DNA of 24,000 bases, taken from NCBI RefSeq assembly GCF_050953645.1, contig NZ_JBMNMY010000001.1. One strand, given 5' to 3'. The position numbers were made by a program, and so were the translations under genes. This DNA is from Aminivibrio sp. (GTDB taxonomy: Bacteria; Synergistota; Synergistia; Synergistales; Aminobacteriaceae). The notes beneath the pieces were generated by a model. It worked only from the letters and a program-made list of their open reading frames with translations. It was not told the origin of the DNA and made no database searches. Within the stretch, counting starts at the first letter, position 1. Every line of letters begins with the position of its first letter. Positions 22,867 through 24,000 of the stretch are shown one piece after another.

Positions 22867-24000
22867 TCAGGCGGCGCTCCTGTCCGATTGATCCGATACA
22901 CGAATTCCATCCTTGAAAATTACTCCTGTGATGACTTCTCCAAGAAGCTCATAGCCTTTGAGCTTTCTCCACCTCTTCTCTGCTGACTGAGCCAGTTTGA
23001 AGACCATTGCCAGCGTCGTTGCCCTCGATCCGCAGTTCCGGGTCTTCGCCGTCCTGAGCCGTATGGTGGAAAAGGCCGATTCCACGGGATTGCTCGTCCG
23101 TATGTGCACCCAGTGCACCGCAGGGAAGTTGTAGAAAGCCAGGAGTTCCTCCCGGTCTTTGGTCAGGCAGTCAATTGCCTTGGGGTATTTGGCCCCGTAT
23201 TTGGCCGTCGCCCTGTCGAAGGCTTTTTCCGCTTCTGCCTTCGTCTCGGCCATCCAGATCTCGTGAAGGTCCGCCTTCATCTTGCCCTGGAGCGATTTCG
23301 GCACTTTGTTCAGCACGTTCGCCGTCTTGTGGACCCAACACCTTTGATGAACACATTCCGGATATTCTTTCCGCAGGGCGTTCCAGAATCCCAGGGACCC
23401 GTCCCCGACGGCAAGTTTCGGCCCATCTTTCAGTCCTCTGGACCGCAGGCCGGAGAGAACTTCGTGCCAGCTCGCCTCGGATTCACGGTAGCCGTCTTCC
23501 ACTGCCACCAGTTCCTTTACTCCCTTCTCCGTAGTCCCGATTATGACCAGGAGACAGAGCTTGTCATCCATCCTCACCCGGCTGTACACTCCGTCCGCCC
23601 ACCAGTAGACGTACTTTTTGCCTGAGAGATCCCGGCGGTTCCATTCCTGGTGCTCTTCCGTCCATTTCTCTTTGAGGCGGGAGATGGTATTGGCGGACAA
23701 TCCTTTCGCATTTTCGCCCAGGAGGCTTTGGAGGGCCTCTCCGTAGCCTCCTGTGGATACTCCCTTCAGGTAGAGCCAGGGCAGAAATTCTTCCACATTC
23801 TTCGCCCGCTTCAGATAAGGGGGCAGCAATGAGCTGTTGAACACAATGCCGCTGCCGCTCCGGTCCCGGACCTTGGGTACCCTCACTTCCACGTCCCCGA
23901 TTCCTGTCTGGACAGCCCGCCCGGGAAGATATCCGTTGCGGACAACCGCCGCTCTTCCGTCTTCCAGGCGAAGAGAGGAGCAATCCTCAAGCAGAGCCTC
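22867..24000 (-). CDS. IS256-family (Mutator-type) transposase; the 5' end lies beyond the right window edge
   Basis: ...RNGYLPGRAVQTGIGDVEVRVPKVRDR...LPWLYLKGVSTG...YWWADGVY...GDGSLGFWNALRKEYPECVHQRCWVHKTANVLNKVPK...HIRTSNPVESAFSTIRLRT. The frame stays open through base 24000, upstream of the track's GTG at 23892. Confidence 0.9.
   Translation of the reverse strand, partial: EALLEDCSSLRLEDGRAAVVRNGYLPGRAVQTGIGDVEVRVPKVRDRSGSGIVFNSSLLPPYLKRAKNVEEFLPWLYLKGVSTGGYGEALQSLLGENAKGLSANTISRLKEKWTEEHQEWNRRDLSGKKYVYWWADGVYSRVRMDDKLCLLVIIGTTEKGVKELVAVEDGYRESEASWHEVLSGLRSRGLKDGPKLAVGDGSLGFWNALRKEYPECVHQRCWVHKTANVLNKVPKSLQGKMKADLHEIWMAETKAEAEKAFDRATAKYGAKYPKAIDCLTKDREELLAFYNFPAVHWVHIRTSNPVESAFSTIRLRTAKTRNCGSRATTLAMVFKLAQSAEKRWRKLKGYELLGEVITGVIFKDGIRVSDQSDRSAA

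Noticed and set aside
1-24000. CRISPR arrays, tRNA/tmRNA/rRNA genes, integrase/att sites, toxin-antitoxin pairs
   Set aside because: I saw no regularly spaced direct repeats, no cloverleaf-compatible conserved tRNA boxes in the intergenic regions, no tyrosine or serine recombinase motifs, and no small two-gene TA-like pairs on reading both strands.

Overview
This is a 24-kb bacterial window that is mostly high-GC. Hand counts of single 60-nt lines give about 60-67% G+C in most genes, and GGAGG-type RBSs are strong. I saw no rRNA, tRNA or CRISPR array. All family assignments come from motif recognition by eye; no database search was possible.

The left 11 kb looks like ordinary chromosome:
- the 3' part of an Lhr-type SF2 helicase
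- a DmpA/P1-family aminopeptidase
- an M19 dipeptidase interrupted by a 1-nt frame change
- a secreted TPR protein
- a secreted four-domain Ca-binding beta-gamma-crystallin protein on the minus strand, with a near-consensus promoter
- a selenium-utilisation cluster: a NifS-like class-V aminotransferase, selD with an in-frame UGA-selenocysteine codon and a SECIS-like hairpin, yedE and yedF
- a class-I SAM methyltransferase

From 11.1 kb the window becomes accessory. A complete promoter, SAM-I (S-box) riboswitch and terminator/antiterminator leader precedes no Met/Cys/SAM gene. Instead it precedes a tightly packed operon of small ORFs with no family I can recognise (A1-B-C-A2-B'-D-E). That operon contains a diverged tandem duplication covering A plus the first 10 codons of B.

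Directly downstream lies a visibly lower-GC (about 35-55% per line) two-gene McrBC-like type IV restriction module. Its first gene has a DUF3578-type N-domain fused to an AAA+ McrB-like NTPase. Its second is a 785-aa DUF2357/PD-(D/E)xK McrC-like nuclease with an unassigned ~180-aa C-terminal domain. Three different IS transposase units (IS4-, IS3- and IS256-family) then follow head-to-tail on the minus strand up to the window edge.

The best candidate for something undescribed is the SAM-riboswitch-gated unknown operon abutting the restriction module.
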